DNA from: an uncultured Kiritimatiellota bacterium
Lineage (GTDB): Bacteria; Verrucomicrobiota; Kiritimatiellia; RFP12; DVOR01
Direction of reading: 5' to 3'
Length of the DNA stretch: 64,000 nucleotides
NCBI GenBank assembly: GCA_944391065.1
Contig: CALXSH010000005.1
Coordinates: forward strand, 1,876 to 65,875
The position numbers and the translations under genes are program-made. Below, piece by piece: positions 20,085 through 29,894 of the stretch; positions within the stretch are counted from its first letter, which is position 1; every line of letters begins with the position of its first letter. Below the pieces are notes generated by a model. The model searched no databases, was not told the origin of the DNA, and saw nothing but the letters and a program-made list of their open reading frames with translations.

Positions 20085-20966
20085 ATGGAGATCGATACCG
20101 CAGCCCTGATGAAAGAGGTCGGGAGAATCCGCATCCTGACCCAGAAGACCGTCGACGAACGTCTCGCCGGCGACTACCGCTCCGTCTTCCGCGGGCAGGG
20201 CATGGAATTCGACGAAGCCCGTCCCTACCAGCCCGGCGACGACGTCCGCCTCATCGACTGGAACGTCACCGCCCGCACCGGTGTCCCCTACATCAAGCGC
20301 TACTCCGAGGAACGCGAGCTGACCGTCCTCTTCATGGTGGACGTCTCGGGCAGCCAGGCCTTCGGCACCGGCCGCAGCAAGGCCGCCGTCGCCGCCGAGC
20401 TCACCGCCCTCCTGGCCCTCACCGCCATCCGCAACCAGGACCGCATCGGCCTCCTGCTCTTCAGCGACCGCGCCGTCCGCTACATTCCCCCGCGCAAAGG
20501 CCGCACCGCCGTCATGCGCCTCGTCCGCGAAGTCCTCGCGGCCGAGGAGACCGACGAAGGCACCGACATCGCCGCCGCGCTCGGATTCGTCTCGGCCCTC
20601 CTGCGCCGCCGGGCCGTCGTCTTTCTCGTCTCGGACTTCCGCGACAGCGGTTACGAGAAGCCCCTGCGGGTCTTCGCCCGCCGTCACGACGTCATCGCCT
20701 GCACCGTCACCGACCCCGCCGAGGAAACCCTCCCCGACGTCGGCCTGATTGAGCTCACCGATCCCGAGACCCACCGCACCGTCCTCGCCGACACCGCCTC
20801 GCGCGCCGTCCGCGACGCCTTCGCCAACGCCGCGAAGCGCCGCGCGGAGGACCTGAAGACCCTTTTTCTGAGGACAGGCATCGACCGTCTGGACCTCCGG
20901 ACCGACACCCCCGTCATCGACGCCGTTCGGAACCTCTTCCGGCAGCGAAGCGAGAGGAGACGCTGA
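20085..20966 (+). CDS. DUF58 domain protein
   Basis: GMEFDEARPYQPGDDVRLIDWNVTAR, EERELTV, VDVSGS. Confidence 0.93.
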   Translation: MEIDTAALMKEVGRIRILTQKTVDERLAGDYRSVFRGQGMEFDEARPYQPGDDVRLIDWNVTARTGVPYIKRYSEERELTVLFMVDVSGSQAFGTGRSKAAVAAELTALLALTAIRNQDRIGLLLFSDRAVRYIPPRKGRTAVMRLVREVLAAEETDEGTDIAAALGFVSALLRRRAVVFLVSDFRDSGYEKPLRVFARRHDVIACTVTDPAEETLPDVGLIELTDPETHRTVLADTASRAVRDAFANAAKRRAEDLKTLFLRTGIDRLDLRTDTPVIDAVRNLFRQRSERRR

Positions 20967-20968
20967 TC

Positions 20969-22162
20969 ATGGAATCCCTAACCGACCTCTACAAAATCGG
21001 CCTTGGCCCCTCCAGTTCACATACCATGGGCCCCCGCCTGGCCGCCGAACGCTTCCTGGCCCGTTGTCCGCAGGCCGAACGCTTCCGCGTGACCCTCTAC
21101 GGGTCCCTCGCCGCCACCGGCAAGGGCCACATGACCGACGCCGCCATCCTCGGCGTGCTCGGCAGGGAACGCACGGAAATCGTCTGGAAGCCCACCGAAT
21201 TCCGCCCCTTCCATTCCAACGGCATGCTCTATGAAGGCCTCGCCCCCGACGGCTCCGTCCTGGACAGCTGGGAGGTCTACAGCATCGGCGGCGGCTTCCT
21301 CAGCGACGGCACCGGCGCCCCGCAGGCCAAGACCGTCGGCTATCCCTACACCACCATGACCGACATCCTGAAGTGGTGCGACGAGACCGGCTGCACCTTC
21401 TGGGAATATGTCCTGAAGTATGAAGGTGACGGTATCTTCGACTATCTCACCAAGGTCTGGCACGTCATGCGCGACGCCGTTGAGCGCGGCCTCGAGGCCG
21501 AGGGCGTTCTGCCCGGCGGTCTCGGCCTCCAGCGCAAAGCGGCCTCCTACTACCGCCGTTCCTTCGGCATGCGCGAGAGCCTGCGCACCCGCGCCTCGCT
21601 CTTCTCCTACGCTCTGGCCGTCTCCGAGGAGAACGCCGCCTCGAGCGGTCTTGTCGTCACGGCCCCCACCTGCGGCAGCGCGGGCGTCCTGCCCGCCGTC
21701 CTCTACTACACCTGGAAGCAGCACGACGTCTCCGAGAAGCGCATCGTCCGCGCCCTGGCCACGGCCGGCCTCTTCGGTCTCGTCGTCAAGAAAAATGCCT
21801 CCATCTCCGGCGCCGAAGTCGGCTGCCAGGGTGAGATCGGCGTCGCCTGCGCCATGGCCGCCGCGGCCATCTGCCAGATCTTCTCGGGCTCCACCGCGCA
21901 GATCGAATACGCCGCCGAGATGGGTCTGGAGCATCACCTCGGCCTCACCTGCGACCCCATCTGCGGCCTCGTGCAGATTCCCTGCATCGAGCGCAACGCC
22001 TTCGCCGCCGCCCGCGCGATGGACGCCAATCTCTACGCCACCCTCTCCGACGGGCGCCACCGCGTGACCTTCGACAAGGTCGTCCGCACCATGCTCGAGA
22101 CCGGCCACGACCTGCCCTCCCTCTACAAGGAAACCTCGACCGGAGGCCTCGCCAAAGCATGA
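20969..22162 (+). CDS. sdaA: L-serine ammonia-lyase (Fe-S dependent)
   Basis: IGLGPSSSHTMGP, APTCGSAG, GAEVGCQGE, GLTCDP, IPCIERN. Confidence 0.95.
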   Translation: MESLTDLYKIGLGPSSSHTMGPRLAAERFLARCPQAERFRVTLYGSLAATGKGHMTDAAILGVLGRERTEIVWKPTEFRPFHSNGMLYEGLAPDGSVLDSWEVYSIGGGFLSDGTGAPQAKTVGYPYTTMTDILKWCDETGCTFWEYVLKYEGDGIFDYLTKVWHVMRDAVERGLEAEGVLPGGLGLQRKAASYYRRSFGMRESLRTRASLFSYALAVSEENAASSGLVVTAPTCGSAGVLPAVLYYTWKQHDVSEKRIVRALATAGLFGLVVKKNASISGAEVGCQGEIGVACAMAAAAICQIFSGSTAQIEYAAEMGLEHHLGLTCDPICGLVQIPCIERNAFAAARAMDANLYATLSDGRHRVTFDKVVRTMLETGHDLPSLYKETSTGGLAKA

Positions 22163-22845
22163 GCCGCACCTACGCCATCCTCGGCGCCCTCGACCGCGAG
22201 GTCGCCCTCCTGCGCGAACAAATGGTCATCGAAGGCGAACAGCGCGCCCTCGGGACCGTCTTTTATCGCGGCACCCTGCGCGGCAAAGCCGTCGTCCTCG
22301 CCTGCTGCGGCGTGGGCAAGGTCAACGCCGCCTGCTGTGCCACCTACATGCTCACGGCCCTCGGTTGCGACGCCATCCTCCACGTCGGCATCGCCGGCGC
22401 CACGGGCCACGGCCTGCGGACGATGGATGTCGTCATCTCGCGCGAGCTCTGCTTCCATGACCAGGACCCCGTCATGCTGAAGTACTTCCCCGCCCGCCGC
22501 TTCTTCGACGCCGATCCCGCGCTCCTCGCCGCCTGCGAACGCGCCTGCGCCCGTCCCGGCGTGCTGACCGGGAACCTCCGCGTCGGCCGTATCGCCACCG
22601 GCGACCGCTACGTCAATGACGCCGCGGCCCGTGCCGCCATCATTGCCGACAGCGCCCCCGACTGCGTCGAAATGGAGGGCGCCGCCACCGCCCATGCCGC
22701 CTTCGCCGCGGGCAAACCCTGCCTCGTCGTCCGCACCATGAGCGACTGCGCCGACGACGACACCGACGTCACCTACGACAACTTCCTCGAACGGGCCGCT
22801 GACCAGTCCGCCGCCATCGTTCTGGCCCTGATGGACGAACTCTGA
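22159..22845 (+). CDS. mtnN: 5'-methylthioadenosine/S-adenosylhomocysteine nucleosidase
   Basis: GVGKVNAA, IATGD, VEMEGAA, RTMSD. Confidence 0.9.
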   Translation: MSRTYAILGALDREVALLREQMVIEGEQRALGTVFYRGTLRGKAVVLACCGVGKVNAACCATYMLTALGCDAILHVGIAGATGHGLRTMDVVISRELCFHDQDPVMLKYFPARRFFDADPALLAACERACARPGVLTGNLRVGRIATGDRYVNDAAARAAIIADSAPDCVEMEGAATAHAAFAAGKPCLVVRTMSDCADDDTDVTYDNFLERAADQSAAIVLALMDEL

Positions 22846-22846
22846 G

Positions 22847-23164
22847 ATGCGCACCCTCGGTTACCTCCTCGCCCTCGTCCTCCTCCTGACCGCCGCCTGG
22901 GGCACAGCCCGGATGCTGGTGCCGGAGGCCCCGGCACCCACGGCCGCGAAGGCCCTCCCCGCAGATCCTTACACGGCGGCGCTGAAGGACCTCCCGGCGA
23001 CGCCCACCGCCGTTCAGCTCCGCGTCGCGGTCAACGTCGCCTTCGGCCTGATGCTCACCGACGATGACATCCGGGCCTGGCGCGCCTGGACCGCCGAAGG
23101 CATCTCGCCCGGCGAAGCCCTCCGCCGCGTCGTCGCCTACCGCCGCGCCGCCGGCAGTCCGTAA
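22847..23164 (+). CDS. Hypothetical membrane-anchored protein
   Basis: N-terminal hydrophobic helix; abuts mtnN; codon usage like its neighbours. Confidence 0.65.
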   Translation: MRTLGYLLALVLLLTAAWGTARMLVPEAPAPTAAKALPADPYTAALKDLPATPTAVQLRVAVNVAFGLMLTDDDIRAWRAWTAEGISPGEALRRVVAYRRAAGSP

Positions 23165-23195
23165 TCCCACCCACCACCCCGACGGGAGACCGCCC

Positions 23196-24572
23196 ATGAA
23201 TCCCTTCCGCACCCTCCTCTTCGCCCTGGCCGCCGCCCTCCTGCCCGCCCTGCCCGCCGCGGCCATCGACGGACCCGGCGCCTACACCTTCACCGAGAAA
23301 GTCCCCGCGGACTGGACCGCCGGCCTGCCCGCCGACATCGTCGAAGTCACCGCCACCTGCCAGTACAGCAAGGCCGAACGCGCCGTCTACATCCTCACCG
23401 ACCTCTGCGGCCTCAGCGAAGGCATCGAAACCGAATTCATCGTCGCCGGCCCCCTCTCCGACCGCGCCTACGAAGCCTTCGCCATCGCCCGCGACCTGCC
23501 CTCCGTCATCGCCCGCGCCGTCGAAGCCCTCGGCGTCCCGCCCGGCCAAGCCGCCGATCCCCTGGCCGGCCGCGGCATGGCCAAGGGCGAACGCTTCACG
23601 CTCTCCGTCCGCCGCCTCGGCCCCGGGGGCGACACGGACTTCCGTCCCCTCTCCGATTTCGTGGAGGACACCTGCTCCACGCCCGCCCAGAACCTCTTCG
23701 GCCGCGGCTTCCCCTACGTCGGCAATACGCCCGAACTCGACACCCACATGCCTTCGGCCGTCGTCGCCTCCTATACCGAACCCATCAGCCTCTTCGGACT
23801 TCCCTTCCACGCTCCCAAGAGTCAGGTCTACGGCCTTTTCCGCGCCAAGAGCGCGGAGACCGGCGGCCGTCCCGCCGTCATCCGTCTCGCGTGGGACCGC
23901 CTCCGCGACGGGCAACCCCGCGTTTATAACGTCCGCCTCCCCGTCACCAAGGCCGACCTCGACAGCCCCGACGCCATCCTGGAGAAGCTGAAGGCCCTCT
24001 GCGAAGATCCCCGCGACGTCTTCCTGACACCCGTCATCGCCGATGACGTCCCCCTGGAGAAGCTCCCCGCCTTCGCGGCCCTCGTCATGGAACTCGACCG
24101 CCAGGGCGGCATCGCCGTCGACACCGCCGAATCCGGTCAGATCTCCCTGCGTGCCTTCCTCCCCAACCCCGTCTGGAACGAGCGTTCCAACCGCGTCTTC
24201 CAGCCCTGGGAAATTGAGGTCGCCCCCGGCGAAGCGCCCGGCAAACCCCGCGTCACCCTCTGCCGCATCATCGAGGACTGGACCGCCGAAGGCAACGAGC
24301 CCGCCCTCACCCGAAGCTGCTATCCCGGCCTCAATGCCAAAACCCTCGACAGCGCCATGCAGCGGCTCGACACCGAAGACGGCCGTATCTACGTCGCCTT
24401 CTTCTATGCCGCCCCCGGCCTCACCATGGGGGACATCGGCCCCCTCTCCACCGCCATCCTGAAGCGCTGCCCCACCCAATGGGTCTTCCTGCAGCCCGCT
24501 CCCGCCATGGGCGCCGCGAAGGCCGAAAAGCCTCTCGGGACGCCCGCGGAAGAATCCGACGCCGCAATGTGA
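23196..24572 (+). CDS. Exported hypothetical protein, YdjY-like N-terminal domain
   Basis: Signal peptide MNPFRTLLFALAAALLPALPAAA; GIETEFIVAG..YEA..ARAVEALG..PG resembles YdjY. Confidence 0.65.
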   Translation: MNPFRTLLFALAAALLPALPAAAIDGPGAYTFTEKVPADWTAGLPADIVEVTATCQYSKAERAVYILTDLCGLSEGIETEFIVAGPLSDRAYEAFAIARDLPSVIARAVEALGVPPGQAADPLAGRGMAKGERFTLSVRRLGPGGDTDFRPLSDFVEDTCSTPAQNLFGRGFPYVGNTPELDTHMPSAVVASYTEPISLFGLPFHAPKSQVYGLFRAKSAETGGRPAVIRLAWDRLRDGQPRVYNVRLPVTKADLDSPDAILEKLKALCEDPRDVFLTPVIADDVPLEKLPAFAALVMELDRQGGIAVDTAESGQISLRAFLPNPVWNERSNRVFQPWEIEVAPGEAPGKPRVTLCRIIEDWTAEGNEPALTRSCYPGLNAKTLDSAMQRLDTEDGRIYVAFFYAAPGLTMGDIGPLSTAILKRCPTQWVFLQPAPAMGAAKAEKPLGTPAEESDAAM

Positions 24573-24585
24573 TACGATAAGGGCC

Positions 24586-25020
24586 ATGAAAGCCATCCTT
24601 CCGATTGTCCTGACGGCGCTGACCCTCGTCATTGCGGGCTGCACCGCAGAATCGGTCGCCGGACGCATCAAATCGCGCCCGGACCACTACGCCACCTACC
24701 CCGCCGACGTGCAGGAACGCATCGCGCGCGGTCAGATCCGCATCGGCGATGACGCCGAGGCCGTCTGGTACGTCTACGGCGAACCCTCCCGCAAGACCCG
24801 TTCCGTCACCGAGAACGGCACCGTCGAGACCTGGACCTACCGCATCCTCGGCTACACCGACAGCCTCTATCCCACCGTCCGTCCCGTCACCGTCGTCGGC
24901 CGCCGCGGCGGTTCCTACACCAGCTACTACATCGACAACACCCCCTACTACGAATGGCAGGACGTCCTCAGCATTGACCTCCGCGACGGCAAAGTCACCG
25001 CCGTCCGCATGGTCGAGTGA
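24586..25020 (+). CDS. Outer-membrane lipoprotein, SmpA/BamE-like fold
   Basis: Lipobox IAGC; IRIGDD..V..VYGEP..ETWTY. Confidence 0.7.
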   Translation: MKAILPIVLTALTLVIAGCTAESVAGRIKSRPDHYATYPADVQERIARGQIRIGDDAEAVWYVYGEPSRKTRSVTENGTVETWTYRILGYTDSLYPTVRPVTVVGRRGGSYTSYYIDNTPYYEWQDVLSIDLRDGKVTAVRMVE

Positions 25021-25268
25021 CCCGCCACCCCATCCCAGCGCAAGACGCCGCCGGCTCCCGCCGACGGCGTTCTTGTCTTTCGGGACCGTCTCGAAAGCTC
25101 AGGCAGCCTGGGTCCGGTATCCGGCGGAGCGGTCGCGCCCGACGAGGCGGCAGACGGGGCGATTGAGCCCGATGCACATCAGGCCCAACGCCCCGATATG
25201 CGGGTGAAGCAGTGTCGGCGCAATCAGGCTTGCGCGGTGACCGCGGCTCACGGTCAGGCGCCCCCGTC

Positions 25269-26558
25269 TTAGCAGAGGCCGAGGACTTTGGGGAAATCGG
25301 GGAAGGACTCGTTGAGCATCTCGAAGCCGGCGACAGTGACGGGACGGTCGGCGGCAAGGCCGGCAAGGGCGAGGCTCATGGCGACGCGGTGGTCGCCCTG
25401 GGCGTCGACGGCGGCGCCGCCGGGGATGCGGCCGGTGCCGCGGATGCGAAAGCCGTCGGGATATTCCTCCATGTCCACGCCGAGCGCGCGCAGGCGCGCG
25501 GTCATCACGGCAATGCGGTCGGACTCCTTCGTGCGGAGCTCCGCCGCGTCGCGGACAATCGTCTCACCCTGAGCCGCGGCGGCCGCAATCATGAAGGCGG
25601 GGAATTCGTCAATCATGCGCACGACCAGGTCTCCCGAGACCGACGTGCCGCGCAACGAGGCGGCCCGCACGCGGATGTCCGCGACCGGTTCGCCCGCCAT
25701 CGACGATTCGTTCTCAAAGACAATGTCCGCGCCCATGGCGCGGAGGGCGTCGACGATGCCCGTGCGCGTCGGATTGATGCCCACGCGCTCAAGGAGAAAA
25801 TCGGACCCCGGCACGAGCGTCGCGGCCACAATCAGGAAGGCCGCGCTCGAGATGTCGCCGGCCAGCTCGGTATCGAGCGGCCGCAGCGGGGCCATGAGGG
25901 GCTCCACCCGCGCGCCGTAGGGCGCGACGGGCGTCACCGAGGCGCCCATGGCCGAGAGCATGCGCTCGGTGTGGTCACGGGAGGGCCCGGGCTCGGTCAG
26001 GAGCGTCGGCCCGTCGGCCGTCAGCGCAGCCAGGATGAGGCAGCTCTTCACCTGCGCCGAAGCCACGGGCAGCGCGTAGGTCACGCCCTTCAGCGACGCC
26101 GGGGCAAAGATCAGCGGCGCCCGGCCCTCCGCCGTCTCCACCGCAGCGCCCATCAGGCGCAGGGGGTCGGCAATACGGTTCATCGGACGCTTGCGGAGCC
26201 CCTCCGAACCGTCCAGGACGCAGGGAATGCCGGCGCCCGCGAGGACGCCGGCCAGCAGACGGAAGGTCGTGGCGGAGTTGCCGCAGTTGAGCGGCGCGGC
26301 CGGCGCGCGGAACCCTTTCGGCCCGACGCCGCGCACCGTCAGCGTGTGGGTCTCCTCGTCGAGGGACCACGCCACGCCCAGGTCACGCAGACAGCGCAGC
26401 ATGGCCTTCGTCACGCCGCCGACCAAAAAGCGCCGCACCGTGCTCGTGCCCTCGGCCAGCGCCGCGAAGAGCAGCGCGCGGTGCGAAAGCGATTTGTCGC
26501 CTTCGGGACGGTATGCGCCGGTCAGCGGCGCGGTTCGGCGGGAAACGGTCTGATCCAT
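25269..26558 (-). CDS. aroA: 3-phosphoshikimate 1-carboxyvinyltransferase (class II)
   Basis: GDKSLSHRA, CGNSATT, KRPM, ASAQVKS, RDHTERM, KESDRI, DHRVAMS. Confidence 0.97.
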   Translation of the reverse strand: MDQTVSRRTAPLTGAYRPEGDKSLSHRALLFAALAEGTSTVRRFLVGGVTKAMLRCLRDLGVAWSLDEETHTLTVRGVGPKGFRAPAAPLNCGNSATTFRLLAGVLAGAGIPCVLDGSEGLRKRPMNRIADPLRLMGAAVETAEGRAPLIFAPASLKGVTYALPVASAQVKSCLILAALTADGPTLLTEPGPSRDHTERMLSAMGASVTPVAPYGARVEPLMAPLRPLDTELAGDISSAAFLIVAATLVPGSDFLLERVGINPTRTGIVDALRAMGADIVFENESSMAGEPVADIRVRAASLRGTSVSGDLVVRMIDEFPAFMIAAAAAQGETIVRDAAELRTKESDRIAVMTARLRALGVDMEEYPDGFRIRGTGRIPGGAAVDAQGDHRVAMSLALAGLAADRPVTVAGFEMLNESFPDFPKVLGLC

Positions 26559-26594
26559 GCGGGACTCCTCCGGTCAGTCGGGAATGAAAGGCGC

Positions 26595-27575
26595 TCAGTC
26601 CCCGGGCGTCAACGACTCGGGATCGGGCAGGTCGGCACGCGAATAGCCCTTGGCCTCCAGGGCTTCGGTGACCGTCTTGAAATGGCATTTGGCGACCTGC
26701 GGCAGCACGGACGGACCGCGCTTCGCAATCAGGCCGCCGAGGGCCGTGGGAACGGCGGGACCGGCGCCCTTGGGGAGTTCCGCGCCGTAGGTCTCGGAGA
26801 GCTTGGCCGTCTCGCGGACGAAGAGGTCGCGCGCCAGCACGGAGGCCGCGGCGACGGCAATGTCGCGCTCGGCCTTATGCATCTGCTCGACCGTCAGCTT
26901 CCGGCCGCGCGCCATCAGGGCGCGGGTGATCGTCGCCTCGGTCCTGGCGAACTGGTCGACCACCGCGCGTGTGCAGTCGGGGCGCTGTTCGGCAAGCGTC
27001 TCGATGGCGCGGGCGTGACACCAGGCCAGCAGGCGGTTGACGTTGGGGATCTTCGCGTAGAGCCGGTTGTAGGTCGGCGGACGGAGCAGGACGACGGAGC
27101 AGTTGTTACGCCCCAGAATCTTCCGCGCCTCCGTGGCCAGCTGACGGATGCGTCCGTCGGCGATGGTCTTCGAATCGCGGATGCCCAGCTCGCTCAGCTG
27201 CTTCGAGGTCGTCTCATCGACGAAGACCGCCACCGTCACGAGCGGGCCGAAGATATCGCCCTTGCCGCTCTCGTCGGAACCCATGTGGGGCGAGAACATC
27301 TTCGGATCGAGCACGTCCTCATACCCCAGACCGGCGGCCTGAAGGACGAGGGGCTCGAGGGTATAGAGGACGAATTCCTCCGCCTCCTTGCCCTGCACCA
27401 CCAGTTTGCCGGAGGTGTAGAGATTGATCGTCAGGCCGCGGCTCTTCAGCGCGAGCGAGGTGTAGGGCACCTGAACGCGCTGCAGGGCGCTCATGCCGGC
27501 CGTGACGCTCTCCAGCGCGGCCGCCTGTTCGGCGGTCAGCGTGTAGGTGAAGAGGTTCTTCTTCTGCGGCTCCAT
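26595..27575 (-). CDS. rnhC: Ribonuclease HIII
   Basis: N-terminal TBP-like LYTSGKLVVQG; GSDESGKGD, DSK, VDQF, AERD.AVAAASVLAR. Confidence 0.93.
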   Translation of the reverse strand: MEPQKKNLFTYTLTAEQAAALESVTAGMSALQRVQVPYTSLALKSRGLTINLYTSGKLVVQGKEAEEFVLYTLEPLVLQAAGLGYEDVLDPKMFSPHMGSDESGKGDIFGPLVTVAVFVDETTSKQLSELGIRDSKTIADGRIRQLATEARKILGRNNCSVVLLRPPTYNRLYAKIPNVNRLLAWCHARAIETLAEQRPDCTRAVVDQFARTEATITRALMARGRKLTVEQMHKAERDIAVAAASVLARDLFVRETAKLSETYGAELPKGAGPAVPTALGGLIAKRGPSVLPQVAKCHFKTVTEALEAKGYSRADLPDPESLTPGD

Positions 27576-27582
27576 GCAGGTC

Positions 27583-28701
27583 TCAGCGGCGGACGTTGGC
27601 GGCGTAGTAGCGATCGATGGCCTCGGCGCAGCCGAAGGTGGCCGCAATCAGGGCTGCGCGGATCCACATGCCGTTGCGCATCTGACGCCAATACTTCGCG
27701 CGCGGATCGTTGTCCAGCGAGGTCGCGATTTCGTCGCGGCGCGGCAGAGGGTGAAGAATGGCCGCGGTCGGCTTCATGACCGCCGCCTCGCGGTCGCCCA
27801 GCTTGAAGTGGGAGGTATCGATGCGGGCCGATTCGCCGGCGGCCCTGTCCCACTCATCCTGAATGCGCGTCATGTAAATCGCGTCGGCCTCGGGGAGCCA
27901 ACGGCGCAGGTCGGAGGAGACCTCAAAGGTCACGCCGCGCTCGCGCAGCAGATCGAGGATGTCTCCGCCGATCTGAAGCTCGTCAGGGGCCACGAAGACC
28001 TGACGGACATCGGTGAAGCGCGTCAGCAGCCACGAGAGCGAACGCACCGTACGCCCGCGCAGCAGATCGCCGACGAAGACAACCGTCTTGCCGTCGATGC
28101 CGCCTTGGGTTTCAAAAGAACGGTGCAGCGTGTAGATGTCGAGCAGCGCCTGAGTCGGATGCTGATCCTTGCCGGAACCGGCGTTGATGATCGGCACGGG
28201 GCGCTCGGAATTGCCCAGCACCCAGGCCATGCGCTCGGCCAGCCCCTTCGAGGGGGAACGCATGATGATCAGATCGAAGTAGGACGAGAAAGTGCGGACC
28301 GAATCCTCCTTGGACTCGCCCTTCAGTTCCGAACTCGTCGCGGCGTCGCGGACCGAACCGGTACGCATGCCGAGGATTTCGCAGGCCGAGAGGTGCGACA
28401 GGAAGGTGCGCGAACTCGGCTGCGAGAAGTAGAGCATGGCACGCTTGTGCGCCAGCAGCGACGCCAGGAAGAGCGCCCCCTCGCGCGTCTTGGAGATGCG
28501 GCGGATGGCCGTGGCCAACCCGCACAGGCGCTCCAAGAGCGGACGCTCAAACTGCTGGGCGAAGAGCGTATTGAACGGCATCCCGTCCGACTGCATCAGG
28601 TACGGAGCCTTCTGAAGGGGCTCCATGGCGATGAAATCCTCAAACGAAACGGCGGTGATATCCTTCTGCATTGCGGCCCCCTTGCGATTGGATGCGTCCA
28701 T
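27583..28701 (-). CDS. pyrB: Aspartate carbamoyltransferase (start may be 28671)
   Basis: PSSRT, KGES, INAGSG..HPTQALLD, GDLLRGRTVRSL, YMTRIQDE, LHPLPR. Confidence 0.88.
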   Translation of the reverse strand: MDASNRKGAAMQKDITAVSFEDFIAMEPLQKAPYLMQSDGMPFNTLFAQQFERPLLERLCGLATAIRRISKTREGALFLASLLAHKRAMLYFSQPSSRTFLSHLSACEILGMRTGSVRDAATSSELKGESKEDSVRTFSSYFDLIIMRSPSKGLAERMAWVLGNSERPVPIINAGSGKDQHPTQALLDIYTLHRSFETQGGIDGKTVVFVGDLLRGRTVRSLSWLLTRFTDVRQVFVAPDELQIGGDILDLLRERGVTFEVSSDLRRWLPEADAIYMTRIQDEWDRAAGESARIDTSHFKLGDREAAVMKPTAAILHPLPRRDEIATSLDNDPRAKYWRQMRNGMWIRAALIAATFGCAEAIDRYYAANVRR

Positions 28702-28713
28702 CGGTCCTCCGGC

Positions 28714-29718
28714 TCAGAAACCGGCTTCGCGGCAGAGCGCGGAGACGTACAGGGCCTTGATGGTGTGCATGCGGTTCTCCGCCTCGTCGAAGACGCGCGA
28801 GAAGTCCGACTCGAAGACGTCGTCCGTCACCTCCAGCGCCCCCGTCTCGCGGGAAACGTCCGTCTGATTGTCGTGGAAGGCCGGCAGGCAGTGCAGGAAG
28901 ATCAGGTCCTTGCCCAGATTGCCCGTCGCCTCGCAGAGCTTCATATTGATCTGATAGGGCCGCAGGAGCGCCAGGCGTTCGGCCTTCTTGTCCTCCTCAC
29001 CCATGCTCACCCACACGTCGGTGTAGAGCACGTTCGCGCCCTTCACGCCCTGAACGGGATCGGTCTCCACACGGATCTCGCAGCCATTGCGCACCGCAAT
29101 CGCGCGGGCCTCGGCCACCAGCGTCTCGGAGGGGAAGAGCGCTGCCGGCGTGACGTTGACGAAATTGATGCCCGCCTTGGCGCAGCCCATCATCAGCGAA
29201 TTGGCCACGTTGTTGCGGCCGTCGCCCACATAGGCCATCGTGCGGCCGCGGACCTCGCCGAAAGCCTCGCGCATCGTCATCATGTCCGCCAGGAACTGCG
29301 TCGGATGGCTCTCGTCCGTCAGGCCATTCCAGACCGGCACGCCGGAAAGCTTCGCCAGCGTCTCGACCGTCGACTGCCTGTACCCGCGGAAGAGGATGCC
29401 GTCAAAGAGACGCCCCAGCACCCGCGCCGAATCCGCCACCGACTCCTTCACGCCGAAGTGCGTGTCGTGACCGGTCAGAAACTCCGCGTGGCCGCCCTCG
29501 TCGCGGACCGCGATGGCCGCCGAATTGCGCGTACGGGTGGAACTCTTCTCGAAAATCAGCGCGATGTTCATCCGGCGAAGCAGATCGCCGCGGATGCCGG
29601 CCCGCTTGCGCGCCTTCAGCGCCATCGCCAGATCGACCATATAAGCCAATTCGGAGTCGCTCAGCGAACGGATGTTGAGCAGCGAACGTCCCAGCAGGGC
29701 ATGATTCAGTTCAAACAT
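28714..29718 (-). CDS. argF: Ornithine carbamoyltransferase
   Basis: FEKSSTRTR, HPTQFLAD, DVWVSMG, HCLP, AENRMHT. Confidence 0.95.
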   Translation of the reverse strand: MFELNHALLGRSLLNIRSLSDSELAYMVDLAMALKARKRAGIRGDLLRRMNIALIFEKSSTRTRNSAAIAVRDEGGHAEFLTGHDTHFGVKESVADSARVLGRLFDGILFRGYRQSTVETLAKLSGVPVWNGLTDESHPTQFLADMMTMREAFGEVRGRTMAYVGDGRNNVANSLMMGCAKAGINFVNVTPAALFPSETLVAEARAIAVRNGCEIRVETDPVQGVKGANVLYTDVWVSMGEEDKKAERLALLRPYQINMKLCEATGNLGKDLIFLHCLPAFHDNQTDVSRETGALEVTDDVFESDFSRVFDEAENRMHTIKALYVSALCREAGF

Positions 29719-29894
29719 GAGAATCCTTTCAGTTATTTGCTCCGCATTTTACCATATCTCCCCACCCCACTCGCGCCCCGCCCCCACGCGGCCCTTCTGC
29801 GGAAATTGCACAATTAGATGACGCACCATCGAAGAGAAGGGGACGTCCCCCTCCCTCGTCCCCTTCGAAGCCACAATACCTCCAAATGCGAGCT

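Noticed and set aside
25021-25268. Hairpin-rich convergent intergenic region as an ncRNA
   Set aside because: Only a terminator-like stem (ACGCCG/CGGCGT plus a T-rich tail) is evident; no known RNA motif
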